Shown here: piece after piece, positions 28,462 to 43,479 of the stretch
How positions within the stretch are numbered: the first letter of the stretch is position 1
Layout: each line of letters opens with the position of its first letter
Origin: the human T2T-CHM13v2.0 reference genome, Homo sapiens
Strand: one strand, 5' to 3'
DNA: 64,000 nt
Assembly: GCF_009914755.1 (NCBI RefSeq)
Contig: NC_060931.1
Translations under genes and position numbers: made by a program
The notes under the pieces: generated by a model
Told to the model about the DNA's origin: nothing
The model's input: only the letters and a program-made list of their open reading frames with translations
The model's database searches: none

Positions 28462-30089
28462 TCTGTATCTGGAAAAACTGTCCAAAAAGGAGGGATAAAT
28501 TAAGACATATTCAAATAAACAGAAGTAGATGGAGTTTATTACTACTAGGTCTGTCCTATAATAAATGCTAAAGGGAGCCTTTCAGGTTGAAACAAAAGGA
28601 TGTTAGTAACTCGTCTCCATATAAAGATATAAAGATATCCAGTAAAGGTAAATATATCAGCGAATATAATAGTATTATTATAATTTTGGTTTGTAACTCT
28701 ACTTTTTGTTCTTATAGGTTTAAAAAAATCAAAAGCACAAAAGTTATTATAATTCTATGTTAACAAGTACACAATGCATGAAGATGTAATTTGTAACATA
28801 AACTGCAGACAGGGGACACAACTGTATAGGAATAGAGATTTTTGTATGCAATTTAAGTTAAGTAAGTATAAAATCAAAATAGGTTGTTATAACTTTAGGA
28901 TATTTTATGTAATATCCATGATAACAATGAAGAAAATATCTGTAGAATATACATACAAAAAATGAGAAGGCTATCAAAATGTGTCACTTTAAAAAAAAAA
29001 ACAACTAAACATAGAGGAAGATAGTAAGGGATAAAATAAGGAACAAAAAAGCTATAAAATATACAGAATACAAATAGCAAAATGACAAATACAAGTCCTT
29101 CCCCAACAGTAATTATTTTAAATGCAAATGGATTCAAGTTCCCAATCAAAATTGCATAGATTGGCAGAATAGAAAAAAAAAATCCAAATGAATGCTGCTT
29201 ACAAGAGACTAACTTTAGATCCCGTGATACACTTAGGGTGGCTAAATTAATATCAGATATATTTTAAGCTGAAAACTGCTACCAGAGTCAATTCACCAAG
29301 AAGACATAACAGTTATAAAAATATATACACCAAACTTTAGAGCTCCAAAATATATGGAGCAACCAATGACAGCACTGAAAGGAGAAATAGAGAGCTCAAC
29401 ATTAGTAGTTGCAAGTTTCAATACTCCACTTTCAGTAATGGATAAAACAATGAGACAGAAGATTATAAGGAAACAGAGGACCTGAATGACACTATAGAGC
29501 AATTGGACCTAACAGACATATATGCAGAACTCTCCACTAAACAGCAGCAGAATACACATTTTTCTCAAATGCACATGAAACATTCTCCAGGATAGACCAT
29601 ATGTTGGACCACAAAACTCATCTTAATACTTTTTAAAAGATTGAAATTATAAAAAGCAATTACACAGAATTGCTTTTCTGATCACAATGGAATAAAATTA
29701 GAAATCAAAAACACAAAGAAAACTGGAAAATTCACAAATATGTGGAGTTTAGAAACACAAGTTTTGACATCCAAACCTTGTGATTTCCAAGAAGAAATCA
29801 CAAAGGAAATTGGAAAATATTTGAAACCAAAGAAAATGAAAATGCAACACACAAAACTTACAGACAGTAGCAAAAGCAATGCTAGTAGGGAAATTTATAT
29901 CTACAAACACTTATGCTGAAAAAGAAGAAAGATCTCAAATCAACAGCCTAACATTACAATGTAAGGAACTAGAGAAAAAAAGACCAAAAAGAAAAAGCCC
30001 TAGAAAACAAGAAAGAAGCTAACCCAAAAGATGGCAAAAAGAAAAAATAATAAAGATTAAGGTAGCAATAAATAAAATAGAGAAAATAG

Positions 30090-33000
30090 TGACTCCTGGT
30101 CTCAAAATGATAGCATAAAATCAAGTTGGCTTTACTCCCCTCTGTCTGCCACCCAGAAAACAAAAAACAAATATACAATCCTGAGATTATCACCAGCAAT
30201 AACACAAAACTAATATATGAGAATGAGACACATTCTCCAAGACCACAGGGAAGTGAAAATACTCCAAGTAAATAGTAAGAGAATCATACTTCTGCATCTG
30301 TGACAACCCTTCCCCCATTCTGTGGAACCAAGCACAAGAAAAATTTCCCCCCAACTCATGGTTTCTATACTGGGAAAAGTGAGATCAAGATGGACAACCA
30401 ATTTTTCCCAACATCTTAGGTTTCCCAGCAAGGCAACTGTCCCTGCCTTAACCCATCGCAAGTGCCAGAGGAGCAAAATGAGTCAAGGCAGCATAAGTCC
30501 CTCCTTAACCCATCACAAGTACCAGAGGAAGCATTGTAAGTGCCAGAGGAGAGAAATATCCCTGAAGACAGGCAGAGATAAAGCGGGGAGGTGGAACTAC
30601 CAACCTCAGCTCTGACAACTCTGCTCTATAACTTGGCCAAAGGAGATGCCAAAACAGAGTAGCTATTCAACAACAACAAAGCCCCAGGGGCATGAACCCA
30701 GCCTTCCCACACTGCTGCGTTATGTTATTCCATTTCAGATCTCCCCCTTTTGGGTTGGGTAGCACTCTCGTAGTTCACTAAAGCCGAGACGAAGCTGGGA
30801 TTAAGGTGCCACCTAGAGCCAAAAGACGCCAGTGACCTAGTGGTAAAGAATCTCTAAGAAAATATATCTAATAAAAACCGAAACAAGCCAGAGAGAGAAG
30901 CCTGGAATAAATAAATAATCCTTCAATGCAAAGACAAAGACATACAAAGAAGCAACAGCAAACAGGGACCTATGACCTCCCCAAATGAACAAAGCAAGGA
31001 ACCAGTGACTGACCCTAATGAGAGAGTGATAACGAGAGCTCTTTGACAAAGAAATCAAAGTAGCAGTTTTAAGGAAACAGTGATCTCCAAGATGACACAG
31101 AAAAGCAATTCAGAAATTTATCAGAGAAATTTGACAAGGGGATTGAAATAATTTTTAAAATCAAACAAAAATCTTGGAACTGATAAATATATTTGTTGAA
31201 CTGAAAAATTCATTAGAGGCTCTCAACAGCAGAATGGATCAAGCAAAGGAAAGAATCAGTGAGCTTGAAGACAGGCTATTAGAAAATACACAATCACAGG
31301 AGAAAACATGATGAAAAAAATAAAGACCACTTACAAGATATAGAAAATTACCTCAAAAGACCAGATCTAAGAACTATTAGTGTTCAAGAGAGAGTTAAGC
31401 AAGAGCAAGGGGTAGAAAATTTATTTAAAAAAATAATCACAGGAAACCTTCCTAAACTTCAGGAAGGTATAAATATCCAAGTCTAGGAAAGTCAGAGAAT
31501 ACCAAATAGATTTGACCCAAACAAGACTACTCCAAGGCATATAATAGTCAAATTCTCAAAGGTCAAGGACAAAGAGAAGATCCAAAAGCAGCAAAAAAAG
31601 AAAAAGCAAATAACATATAAGGGAGCTCCAATTCATTTGGCAACAAATTTATTAATGGAAATCATATAGGCCAGGAAGGAGTAAAGGACATTTTCAAACT
31701 GCTGGAAAACAAAACAAAACAAAACACACAACTGTCATCTAAGAATGCTGATTGCAGCAAAGCTTTCCTTCGAATATGAAGGAGATACAAAGCCTTTCCC
31801 AGATAAACAAAAGCTGAGAGAATTCACTACCACCAGGCCCATCTTATAAGAAATGCTAAAGAGAATTCTTCAGTTTGGAAGAAAAAAACACTAACGTGCA
31901 AAAAGAAGACATTTGAAAGTATAAAACCCACTGGTAAAGTTAAGTATACATGCAAGCCCAGAATATTATAACACTATAAATGCAGTGCACAATTCATTCA
32001 TAATTCTAGTATAAAGCCCAAAAGACAAATATAGAAAAAACAATAACAGCTACAGCAACCTGGTAAGAGACAGGTAATATAAAAATATGTAAGTTGAGAC
32101 AATTAAAAGTCAAAATGCAAGAGAGGGATGGAGTTAAAGTGCATTTTTTTGGTTTTGGTTTTTTCTTTGTTTCTATTCTTTTCTTTGTGATATAAGATAA
32201 GTTTTCATTGCTTTAAAATAACTCGTTATACCTACAAGATGTTTTATGTAAGCATCATGGTAACCACAGTGCAAAAAACCTATAATAGATTCACTAAAAA
32301 TGAGAAGCATGAATCAAAACATACTACCAGGGAAAATCATTTAACCACAAAGACAGGAAGAAATAAAGAAAGGATGAGATGAGTTGCAAAACAACCAGAA
32401 AACAAGCAACAAAATGACAATAATAAAACTGTATATAAATGAACTCAATTCTCCAATTAAAAGCCATAAGGTGGCTGAATGGAAAAAGAAGCAAGACTAA
32501 CTATCTTCTACCTGCAAGAAACCCACTTCACCTACAAGAAACACACTGCCTGAGAGTGAAGGAGTGAAAAAACATATTCCATGCAACTGGAAACCAAAAT
32601 GAGCAGGAGTGGCTATACTTGTATCGGATAAAATAGACTACAAATGAAAGACTGTGTGTAAGAGACAAAGAAGGTCACTATATAACGATCAAGGGGTCGA
32701 TTCAGCAAGAGGATGTAAGAATTATAAATATCTATGCACCCAACACCAGAGCTCCACTATATAAAGCAAACATTAATAGATCTAAAGGGAGAGATAGACT
32801 ACATCACAATAATAGTTGGGAACTTTAACACTCCACTCTCAGTAATGGACAGATCATCCACAGAGAAAATCAACAAAGAAACAGCAGAGTTAAACTACAC
32901 ACTAGACCTAATGGGCCTAACTGACATTTACAGAAAATTCACCCACCTGCTACAGAATACACATTCCTTTCATCAGCATATGGAACATTCTCCAGAATAG

Positions 33001-33314
33001 ATCATATCTTAGGCCACAAAATTCTGATGAAAATATTCAAAAAAGTAGGAATCATATCAAGCATCTTTTCTGATTACAATATAATAAAACAGACATCAGC
33101 AACAAGAGGAACCTCAGAAACTACACAAACACATTGAAATTAAACAGCATGGTCCTGAATGACCAATAGGTCAATGAAGAAATTAAGAAGGACTTTTTTT
33201 AAGTCTTCAAACAAATAAAAATAGAAATAAAACATATCAAAATCTATGAGACAAAGCAAAAGTAATACTAACAGGGAAGTTTGTAGCAATACACGCCTAT
33301 CTCAAAAAGTAGAA
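30090..33314 (+). mobile_element. Second L1M element: 5'UTR, ORF1, inter-ORF and ORF2 endonuclease; 3' part absent
   Basis: Begins with a decayed L1M 5' end (tcctggtctcaaaatgatagc); ORF1 and EN text; ORF 32734-33000 (YIKQTLIDLKGEID..IIVGNFNTPLSVMDRSS) is L1 endonuclease. Confidence 0.92.
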
Positions 33315-33625
33315 GGTCGGGCATGGTGGCTCACACCCTGTAAGTCCTGTGCTTTGGGAAGCCGAGGCAGGAGGATTGCTTGAGGCCAGGAGTTTGAGAC
33401 CAGCCTGGACAACATAGCAAGACCCCATCCTTATAAATTATTTTTTTAATTAGCCGAGTATGGTAGCATGTACCTGTGGTCCTAGCTAATCAGGAGGCAG
33501 AGGCAGGAAGATTACTTGAGCCCTGGAGTTTGAGGCTGTAGTGACTATGATCATGCCACTGCCCTCCAGCCTGGATGACAGAGTAAGACTTGGTCTCAAA
33601 ATAAAATAAAATAAAATAAAAAATA
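33315..33625 (+). mobile_element. AluJ-like
   Basis: Dimer with (taaaa)n tail; TSD aaagtagaa. Confidence 0.95.
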
Positions 33626-34299
33626 AAGTAGAAAGACAGTATCTCAGTGGCTTGCACCAAGGCCACGGAGCCCTGCTGCCTGCCTGGGAAGCTGTAAGGG
33701 GCAGCATGTGGTTCACATTTCGGAGCCCAAAGTAGGACACACAGCTCAGCCTCTTTGCCAGGATGATAAAGGACAATGGGAAGAAACCAAAATTGCAGGG
33801 CCAAAAAAATTTCAGAGGCTTTAATAAAAACACAGGCTTTGAAGTTAGGAATGAGGCAAGCTCCGTAAGAGCCAAATCAAGACCCACAAATTGAATACAT
33901 AGAAAGCGTGATAAATGGAGCCCCAATTAAAGAGCAGCTTGGCTGTCTGCTGGAGGCTTCGTGGGTGGCAGTCTTCCTTCCCTCTCCCTCTCTAGACTCT
34001 ATTCATTCACCCCTTCCCTCCCCCAGCATTCATGGACATGCTCTCACCATGATGGATGGCTCACACAGGCTCTGCCCTCAACAGAGCTCAGGCAATTCAC
34101 AGAGCTAAAGCTTCTTTGCCTTGCAAAAGAGGAGCAGTAACACATTAATAATAATAAAATAATTCATTTTATCATGCAAAAAGCAATCACCAGCACCTAC
34201 CTATGCCAAACGCCTTCTGAGCCCTTTCTGGCTCCCTCCTTTGTGACCTTCCCTTTGCCTCCTCTCTCCATGCTTCTCCTACCCAACCTGAGCTCAGGC

Positions 34300-34602
34300 C
34301 ATCCCAAATTCCTCCAAGCACATGCTTTTCCTTGTGCCTGCAATGCCCTCCCCTACCTTGTCTGAAAAACTCCCACCCACACTTCAAAACCTCACCTTGC
34401 AATCACCAGCCCCTGCCCCAGCCCCTTCAGCATCTTTCTATTTCTACGCTTATGTTGTATTATACAGCATCTACCTGTCCCCACCGGACCAGGAGCTCCT
34501 TGACTCTGAGGACCATGTCTTGCTCATCTCTGAATTCTCAGTGCCGAGCACAGTGCCTGGCACATGGTGGATACTCATTAAATGTGCACTAATAAATGAA
34601 TA
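34300..34602. mobile_element. L2 3' fragment
   Basis: gagctccttga...cagtgcctggcacat..gg.actcattaaatg..aataaatgaat. Confidence 0.75.
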
Positions 34603-36364
34603 GGAAACACAAGGGTAAGATGTAGTTCCAGTTTGTTAGAAGAGGTATGATCCATATGCAAGTAACCACACCATAAGGAAAATGTAATGAAACCACAGGT
34701 GAACTATCTAGACAACTATCAGATTTCAGAGGATAAGAGAAATTATCTGAGCCTGGTGAGTAAGTGAAGGACACACATGAATAAAGCCATAAGAGTTGAT
34801 GTAGAAGTTCCACAAGCAATTTTCTAGAACTCTCTGGGATGTTAGGGTCCCTGTTTGCCCTCTTGTATTCCTAGAGCAGGGAATGAATTTGACAGCTGGG
34901 GTGTGCGCGTGCTTTCAGGCAGTCTGGTCATGCTGGAGTTTAGGGAGAAGAAAGCCCGGTGTTGTGGGGAGAACGAAGGGACTAACTAGATATTGCAGAG
35001 TTTCTTTCCCCTCTGCTTGATAAAGGGACTACCTAGCATTGCAGAGCTTCTTTCTCCTTCTGTCCTGATGTTTTTTGCCTCCCTCATTCTTTCTGTTCAG
35101 GTGAAGCAGAGCAATTGGGCAGTTACAAGCTGACCCTTTGGAAACTGAATTCTGTCACAGATGGCCTGTGTCTGTATGTTATTTGAGGCTCAGATTCCTC
35201 CTCTGGAAGCAGGACATAAATGCCTACCTCAAAGGTATTGTAGGAATGAAACGGAACAGGCATGTCCTATCTGTCAGGGTTCAGAGCAGGAAGCAGAAAC
35301 CACACTAGCCAGAAAGGGATTGAAGACAGGGAATTACACACTCACGAAAGCATGTGGAGGAGTGGGCTGGAGGCTGGGCCCTGGGGAGTTACTCCCAGAA
35401 TGCACAACACTTGTTTCCCATGCCACAGTCAGGAGCATGGGGAATCAGAGGTCCCACCGCGAGAATGGTTAAGTTCCCAGCTATGAGGCTGCAGGCCAAA
35501 TAATGGTCTCCCCTGACATGAATTCATGAGGGTGGGGGAGGCCCAGGTGGAGGTGGGGCAGCTTCCCATAGAAAGGCCTGGAAGGGGCGAGAGTGAGGAC
35601 ACACAGACCTGCATCTGAGCTCCATGGATACCAGCCCTTTAGGCAAGGACGAGGTGAGACGAGGCGGATCTCTTGTGTAAATCAAGCTAAAAGCAATACT
35701 GAACAATTCAAACAAATCAGTAAGTCCAACAAAGTTCATTTCCCATAGATGACCTATCAAATGCTTTTATTACAATACCAAATTCTTTCTCTGCAACCAT
35801 TGGTTGCCCTAAGAACATGCTTGATCATCTACTGAGCACTGCCCAGAGACTCCAAGAACAAACTACATGAGACTTTGAGTGTTTCTGGAGGGCCTGTGTG
35901 TGGCCAGTGAGTGAAGCAACCAGGGAGATTTGGGCCCATCACAATTATTGAATATGATAAAAACCCACAGGGAAATGGTCTGGGGATATCTTGGACTTTA
36001 TGGCATTTTAGACATAATTTGTGATGGTCTAGAGTTTCCTGAGGCAATATTTTTCTGCCTCATGAGCCAAAGGAGTAGACATTCAAGACCCTGAACTGGA
36101 ATTACCCCTCCACTGTGAAGCTCCCCCATGGCCCCTGCAAGCCCCTCATCAGTAGTGAGACCAGTCCTTGCTGGGGAAGGCATTTGGCACAGAAGCAGCT
36201 GAAAACTGCCCCTGCCTTGCTCTCAACACTCACAACATCACTGTGCACATTCTATTCAGGCTTGGATTCTGGGAAAACCGTTCAGGAAAGAACCACACGG
36301 ATAAAGACCCTGTTCTTTTCATTCACGTGGTACAGGGCAGCTCCTGAAAAACATGCAGAAAATC

Positions 36365-36485
36365 AATCTTCCCTTTCTTCCTTTCTCCTCCCTTCTTTCC
36401 TGCCTTCATTTTGTCTTCTTTCCTCCCTTTCCTTCCATCACTCTCTCCCTTCTCCTTTCCTTCTTTTCTTCCTTCCTTTCTCCAA
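36365..36485. repeat. CT-rich low-complexity tract
   Basis: Polypyrimidine (ttcc/ctt) run directly adjoining an L2 end. Confidence 0.85.
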
Positions 36486-36489
36486 TTAT

Positions 36490-37010
36490 TTTTTCAACAA
36501 ATATTTATTATGCACCTGCTATAACCGAGAAATGTTCCAGGGCCTGGGCATAGAATAAGGCAAAAATCTATGTCCTTATTGAGCTTGCATTCTACTCTGG
36601 GTGACATGTCATAAACAAATATGGGACATCATACTGGGTAGTGATGAGCGATACAGAGAAACATGGAGCACAGTAACATGGATGGAGTGGGGCACAGAGA
36701 GAGTCTTTTAGATGAGGGCTTCAGGAAAGGCTTCTCTAAGGAGAAGGCAAGGCAGGGGGCAGCAGGTGCAAAGGCCCCAAGGCAGGGAAGTTCTGGCTAG
36801 GTTTGAGGAGCAGAAAGGTGGCCATTGTGGCTGCAACCAAATGAGTGAGGGGAAGGGAATACGTAGTTGGGCTGGAGGGCAACAAGGCTGGATCCTGCAG
36901 GACTTTATACTCCCTGACAAGGACTGGGCTTTTATTCAAGGGTAAGGAGCACTCTGGAGGTTATGAGCAAGGGAAGGAGATAATCTGACGCTCATTTTAA
37001 AAAATTCATT
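36490..37010. mobile_element. L2 fragment
   Basis: ttcaacaaatatttatt..gcacct.cta...tgcaaaggcccc..ggcagg...ttttaaaaa. Confidence 0.8.
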
Positions 37011-38450
37011 CTGTATACATGCTAAAGTATTTAGGGGGAAGAGTACTCATGTCTACAATCTACTTTGAAATGCGTCAAAAAACAAGATGGATTGAGGGAC
37101 AGAGAGAAGAACAAAGAGATGGAGAGATCTATGATAAAAACAAATGCAGTAAAATGTTTGTAGTTGAATCTAGAGGTGGTATAAAAATATTCCTTAAAAA
37201 ATTTATTCTTTTCTGTGTGAAAATTTTCATAATAAAGTGTTAAAGAGACATTCACTCTGGCTGCTGCACGGGGACACACTGGAAGACAGAGTGGGTACCG
37301 GGAGGTGCCTGTGGCCACAGGCTATGGGCTGTGGACCAAGTAGGTGGCCAGGGATGAGGGGACTCATGAAATTAAAGAGCCTCCTATTTAATGGGAAATT
37401 ACAATGGGAAAAGACAACAGAAAGTTTGTTTGAAAGGGCATTCGGGCATCAAGGAGTAAGTGGAATCAGTTGTGAGCTGGGACACAGCTAATGTAGGTGT
37501 GTAGGTGCCTCTTCAACCTGCTGTGTGGCCTTGAGCAAATGACCTGATCTCTCTGAGCCTCCATTTCCTACATAGTAAAATGAAGGTCCAGAATATACCA
37601 TACAGTGTTCTTTTCAATAGTATCCCTCACATAATTGTACTAGGAGAAGGCTGGAAATGTAGTAGATACTTAATAAATGCGGGTTCTCCTAAAAGGGGGC
37701 ATGGAGAGCACTTGAAAATAATTGGTGATATTAATAGCCACTTGAAACACAAACTCTGCTAGGTTAAAACAACAAAGATGACATTAATTCCACTAACATT
37801 AATTCCATATAATATCAATATTGTACTAAAACAAGGAAGGCGATCTGAAACTGCCATGATAAATTTTTTATAATTAAAAAAATCCTTAAATAACACAGGA
37901 GCCCTTAGTCAAGGAAGAAATAAAAGAAAATACATGAGGTTCCCCTTTAACCTCTGAGAGGACTCCTGGACATTTTCAAGCATAATGCATCAATCTGTAT
38001 CCTCTAAGCCCTGCTTCCAGTCTATATAAACACACTTCGCTTCCAGTAGTCTTTCTGACTATTACTGACGTTAATAAAAAGAAGGAACAAATTTCAATCC
38101 AAAGCTTACAGTCATAGCCTCAACACTTTGTGATCTCACTATTGACTTTCCTATGTCTTCAAACTTTTAAATTTTGGCTAAACCCAAGAGTAAAAACTGC
38201 CAAAATGGTATAGACAATACATCCTTTTATAAAGGTATTGGAAAGTTCCTATGATATGTCCAGTAAATTGAAATTTCTGTGCCAAACCAGCTTGAATCAA
38301 TTGATTACTCCAAGCTAAAACATTCCCTCCAATTCTCTTTCTTTCTCTCTTCTCATTCCTTTAACTCTCCCTTCCCCCAAATCCCCCTGGAATTGCCTCA
38401 CTCTCCTGAAACCTCTGACTCAGCTGTATCAATAACAGGAAAAATAATTA

Positions 38451-38625
38451 GAAGTCAGGAGGTCAAATGCTCCAAATGCCCGTTTGACAATTTGCTCTTT
38501 TCCCACCAGTGCTTGGCGTCTTGGTTTCCTTGTGGGAGCAGTTTTTGTGAGTCCGAGTCACTCAGGTAGTGGAAAAACGGTCCAAGAGTGGCATTTTGAG
38601 CCTGGTAAGAATCCTGGTTCAAATT
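38451..38625 (+). repeat. Local duplication, copy 1
   Basis: High-identity direct match to 39622-39811. Confidence 0.95.
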
Positions 38626-38809
38626 CCACACCGGGAGGAATGCTGTCAGTCAGGGCAGCTTGTCTGCTTTGCTACACAGGTCAGGGAACAGCGAAGAATC
38701 CAGGAGGCTTCTGTTGGGTACTAACTGAGATGCTTGCCCCACCCAACCTTGGTGATTTAATGTTCAGGGAGTTTTGATGTGTTTGATGACTTTAAAACAC
38801 AATAATAAT

Positions 38810-39030
38810 TACAGGATTAATTATCGTTTAAGATACCAGGCCCAGCGTTTTACGAGATTAACTCATTTGATCATCACAATAACCCCATAAAGTAGACACT
38901 AGTATTGTCTGTCTTTTGTAGATGAAGAAACCAAGGCACAAAAGGCAAAGAGACTGGCCCAAGATCACAAAACCAGTGAGTGGGAGGGCTGGGAGTTGAA
39001 CATGGGCAGGCCAGATGCTTCACCACTACA
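38810..39030. mobile_element. MIR
   Basis: actcatttgatcatcacaataaccccata...gtagatgaagaaaccaaggcaca...cccaagatcaca. Confidence 0.85.
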
Positions 39031-39143
39031 TTATATCTTTTCAAACTCAATCCAGTCTCCTCTTCCAGTACTGGTCACCCCACATTAGTTCCATTAACAT
39101 CCCCAAGGCCAAGCCTCATGGCTGGTGATAAAACTGCTTACCT

Positions 39144-39588
<445 letters not shown>

Positions 39589-39621
39589 CTATAGACACTG
39601 ACAGACCGAGTTGGCCCCAAT

Positions 39622-39811
39622 GAAGTCAGGAGGTCAAATGCTCCAAATGCCCCTTTGACAATTTGCTCCTTTTTCACCAGTACTTGGCGTCCTGGTTTCC
39701 TTGTGGGAGCAGTTTTTGTGAGTTTTGTGAGTCCAAGTCGCTCAGATAGTAGAAAAAAATGAATGATCCAAGAATGGCATTTTGGGCCTGGTAGGAATCC
39801 TGGTCTGAATT
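39622..39811 (+). repeat. Local duplication, copy 2
   Basis: Direct match to 38451-38625 with an extra ttttgtgag unit. Confidence 0.95.
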
Positions 39812-42800
39812 GAAGTCAGACCGTGGGAAAGACAGCAGAATCCCCTGAGCAAAACTTCATCATGAGGGGCAAGGAATCTGATGCTGCGGCCCAGCCCAGC
39901 TGTGGGACCCCACACGAGGAGTAAGTGAGATTCTGGGCACAAAATGACCCCAAATCCCTGACATATACATGCTGCTACTTAAGTGTCAGGTATATATCCT
40001 GGGATAAAAAAGGTGTGTCACTCGAAGGAGCTTGAAGAGTCTTGCTCTGCTCTCAGCTGATTTTAACATCAAGGGAGGTGGGGGTAGGTGTGGGAGTGGG
40101 AGGTGCTCGCACTCCCAGGAGAGCAACTTGGATTCCATGTGCAGAGCCTGAGAAGAGTTGCAGCTTTCTAGCACTGAAACTTGGGATGGCCTGCCAGCTG
40201 CAACTCCCCTGAGGGTGGTCAGGTTTCCTTGACCCTGAGCCTCAGAAAGCCCCAGTGGCCCAGCTCTTCCACCCTTGGGCAATGGTGTGGGCAGCAGGGT
40301 AGGGTTCAGCTCAGAGGGGCATCTCTGAGATACCTACAGGGCCATCTATTTACCAGCCATGGTAGCCAGCAATGACCAGAACTGATTCTCAGATGCATGC
40401 ATGCGCCCCTCGAGCCTTTCCAGATAATGCAGCTCAGGGAGGGAAATTCTTCCCAAGACTGAAATGCTTACAGATCAGTTGGTTGGAACTCATAGCCTTC
40501 AAGGGCCCGCTTAATGCAGCCACCTCCCTACTCACTGGCTCGTGAAGCCTGAGTAGTCAGGACATGGACATTTCGAAGCTGGGGAATTCTGACTTTGATA
40601 TTAAGTGGGTGCTGAAAACACAAGGCAAAGTGTCCATGTCTCTGGATTATATCTCTGGCCAGCTTCAAACCCCATGATTGTCTGCATGATACAACATAAG
40701 ACTGGCATTAAAAAGCGCTATGGGAAAGAATAAAAGTGCTACAAGCACCTGCTCTTCTCCTAGGGACCCCTCCAGGCATCTGTTCATGCCAGTATGCCTC
40801 AGCTCCATGACATTCTGGGCACCATTTAATTCTGTCCTTGGCTCTTGCTCCTTTTCCCCCTCCCTGGATGAATTATCTGTTTTTGGCTGTCTATTTCAGT
40901 TCAATACTATGCACCACCTGTTCCAGTGTTGCAACTATGGGGGAGACCTTCCTGGTTCTGCAGCCCAGTGGGCCCTCCCCATGCCTAGGCTCCCTCCTTG
41001 GAGAGAAGGAGAATAGAATACAAAGAGCCTGGGTCTTCAGCATTTTAGAACCATCTTCTTGCATTGACCTGCGAATGCCAAAGCCTGCCCAGCCACACCC
41101 TGCAACTGGCAGTGAAGCCACTAACTCTGGATGAAGCCTGGTGTGGGTCTAGCTTAATCACAGGGACCATCTCAAGTCATCTGACTGGTCTTCATGTGCT
41201 GCTTTCCACCCGCCCAAACACCAGCTCACACAAGGCTCCTTCAAGGACTTGATTTAATACCTCTGCTTTACAACAGAGCAAAATGAGATTCACAGAGTCC
41301 ATACAGCAAGTCAGGAGCAGAGCCACTGGAGTTACAATTCAGCTCTTAGCTGCTACAAACAGCCATGCTTATTCCTCTGCTTGTTCCCTCTGGGATTCAG
41401 TGAATGAACTTGAACCAGGTCTAGGAAGATCACCAGCCAAAAGGTTGTTTTCCACAGCATAACACACCTGGGAAGGGAAACCTAGAGAGCGGCATAGAAT
41501 CTGCAAACCTGGCAGCCTGCAGATCTTTTCTCAAGTAGGAACCCTGAGGCAGAGGTGAAATCATTTTTATTTGGTCCTTTAATGCTTTAGTTTAGCTTTG
41601 GCATCAATCGTTCACCAATTTCCTTAAGTATTTGTGTCTCATATTTAATGAAATCATTTTCAATAACAATACCCCAGGATGTAGGATCTTGTGATGAGTC
41701 ACAAATATAACCCTGTGTTTTAAATCTTTATTAGCAGCATCACAAATTATTGGTTCATTTACCAGGTGAAGTAAATTAACATCAGCTTTTATCATATTAT
41801 GATAAATTATAAATAACTTACAGCTAAATAAAGTCTATCTCTTGCCAAGCTCCAATAACTCTGTAGTAAAATGACTGTCAGACCTCAATAGCTACCAGCA
41901 TTGAACTATCTGATGTTGCCGACACGCTTCCATGAGGGAAACCCAAAACTATGCCCATTTCACAAGGGGACCTCTCCTATTAAATAGTAAGATGACAAGA
42001 TCAGGTGAAATCCACATAGATAATCTTCCTTGCTCTGCAGACTGGCCTGTGCATTTATCTCCCCCTTGGAGACAAGAAAACATCCACAAAGTGAAGGTAA
42101 GGATTTGGAAATTGTATCAGTAGTCATTTCTGCTGTATACATCTTTTTTCTGCCATTCCCCTAAAGTCCTGGTAGGCATTTTCTTACCTTGACCTCAAAC
42201 TTCTCCCTAAAGGGTAGCCAGCAACTTTTAGGGTCCAACTTTTGGATCAAACATGAGCACCTACACAGGTACCTCTGGACTCCCTGACACACGGCATCAC
42301 CACCTCATTTTAGGGAGTTGAGACTCCTAACACCTGCAGGGCTAGTGTGAAAACCATGCTTCCATGCCCCTCAGCATCCTGGTACAAATTCCAGATTATT
42401 TTCATGGCAAAGCCTTTGGGGGTAAGTTTGGTGCTATTCCTGACAGTGAGGGATGCAGGATTTCAAAGTAGGCCTACCACCAGGGAAGAGAAGCCCCAGA
42501 GTTCATAAAGTCCCCTTAGTTGAGTCTTCCTGTGGGTGTGGCTGTCCCTAGACTTTCATTCATAGGCCAGGTTATAGGGCCTAACTTGGAATCTTCTGGT
42601 GTTTGAATTACCATGTGCAGCCCATCCCTTGTTGCTGACAGCATTATACCTTTGGGCTTTGGCCATGTGGCTGAGAGAAAACATACTGAGTTTCTACTAT
42701 AAATTATGTACATGTTCCTCAAGTCTCTGGCTCTAAAGTCTAACCATCATGATCATTTTTAAAAAGTGTTTTTTATGTGTGTGAATTGGAAAGGCCAGGA

Positions 42801-43479
42801 ATTTCCACAACGGTTCTGACTTTGAACTCTAATATATTTTTTAAATTAAACTAATTTAATTTTCTTTAAAGGATGAAAAGCCTCTTTTAAATCTAGATTT
42901 TAAAAAATTCTTATTTCACCATCTGTGATAGCTGTGTTACTTAGACCTTAGTTAATTTCCTACTTTTTTCCGTGTTTCTAAACAGTTGGTGAAAACATCT
43001 TCTTACTTTCTTACAAAATTATCTAATCATTGAAAAATCAATTTGTATATTTTTTGGCAAGTATCTTTTGGGTATGAGACATTTCATTTGTAATTTTGCT
43101 ATAGGTCAAAAAGCTTGGTATTCCTTCCTAATGCCTCATATTTTTCTTAAAGTGAAACACGTTTCTTTCACTCTAAGAGAGGGATCATACTGACTTCAAA
43201 TGGAGCTTGAAAGAATTCAATGAGATGTGTATACACTCCAACTACCAAAGACTTGGGCACATAATAGGTACTCCTGCCTTCAATATTTTCTGTAGCAAGA
43301 ACATATTACCTAGTTGTTCTCAATTTCTGCTGAATCACCTGGGGATCTAGAAGGTGAAAACTGAGAGTCCTAGCAAAAACTAAGACTGACAGTGGCCAAT
43401 CCCCCATGAATAAAGTTACTGGGATTGGGACTGATAAGTGTGCAAACCAAGTACCCACTGGGTGTAGATGTGATACCAC

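Noticed and set aside
32734-33000. 88-aa endonuclease-like ORF
   Set aside because: Fragment of a dead L1 ORF2, surrounded by stops and frameshifts
42183-42340. Minus-strand exon-like segment (cag|GTG...AAG|gtaaga); a similar one lies at ~3497-3546
   Set aside because: Isolated splice-like sites are frequent in genomic DNA; no coding signal or linking evidence
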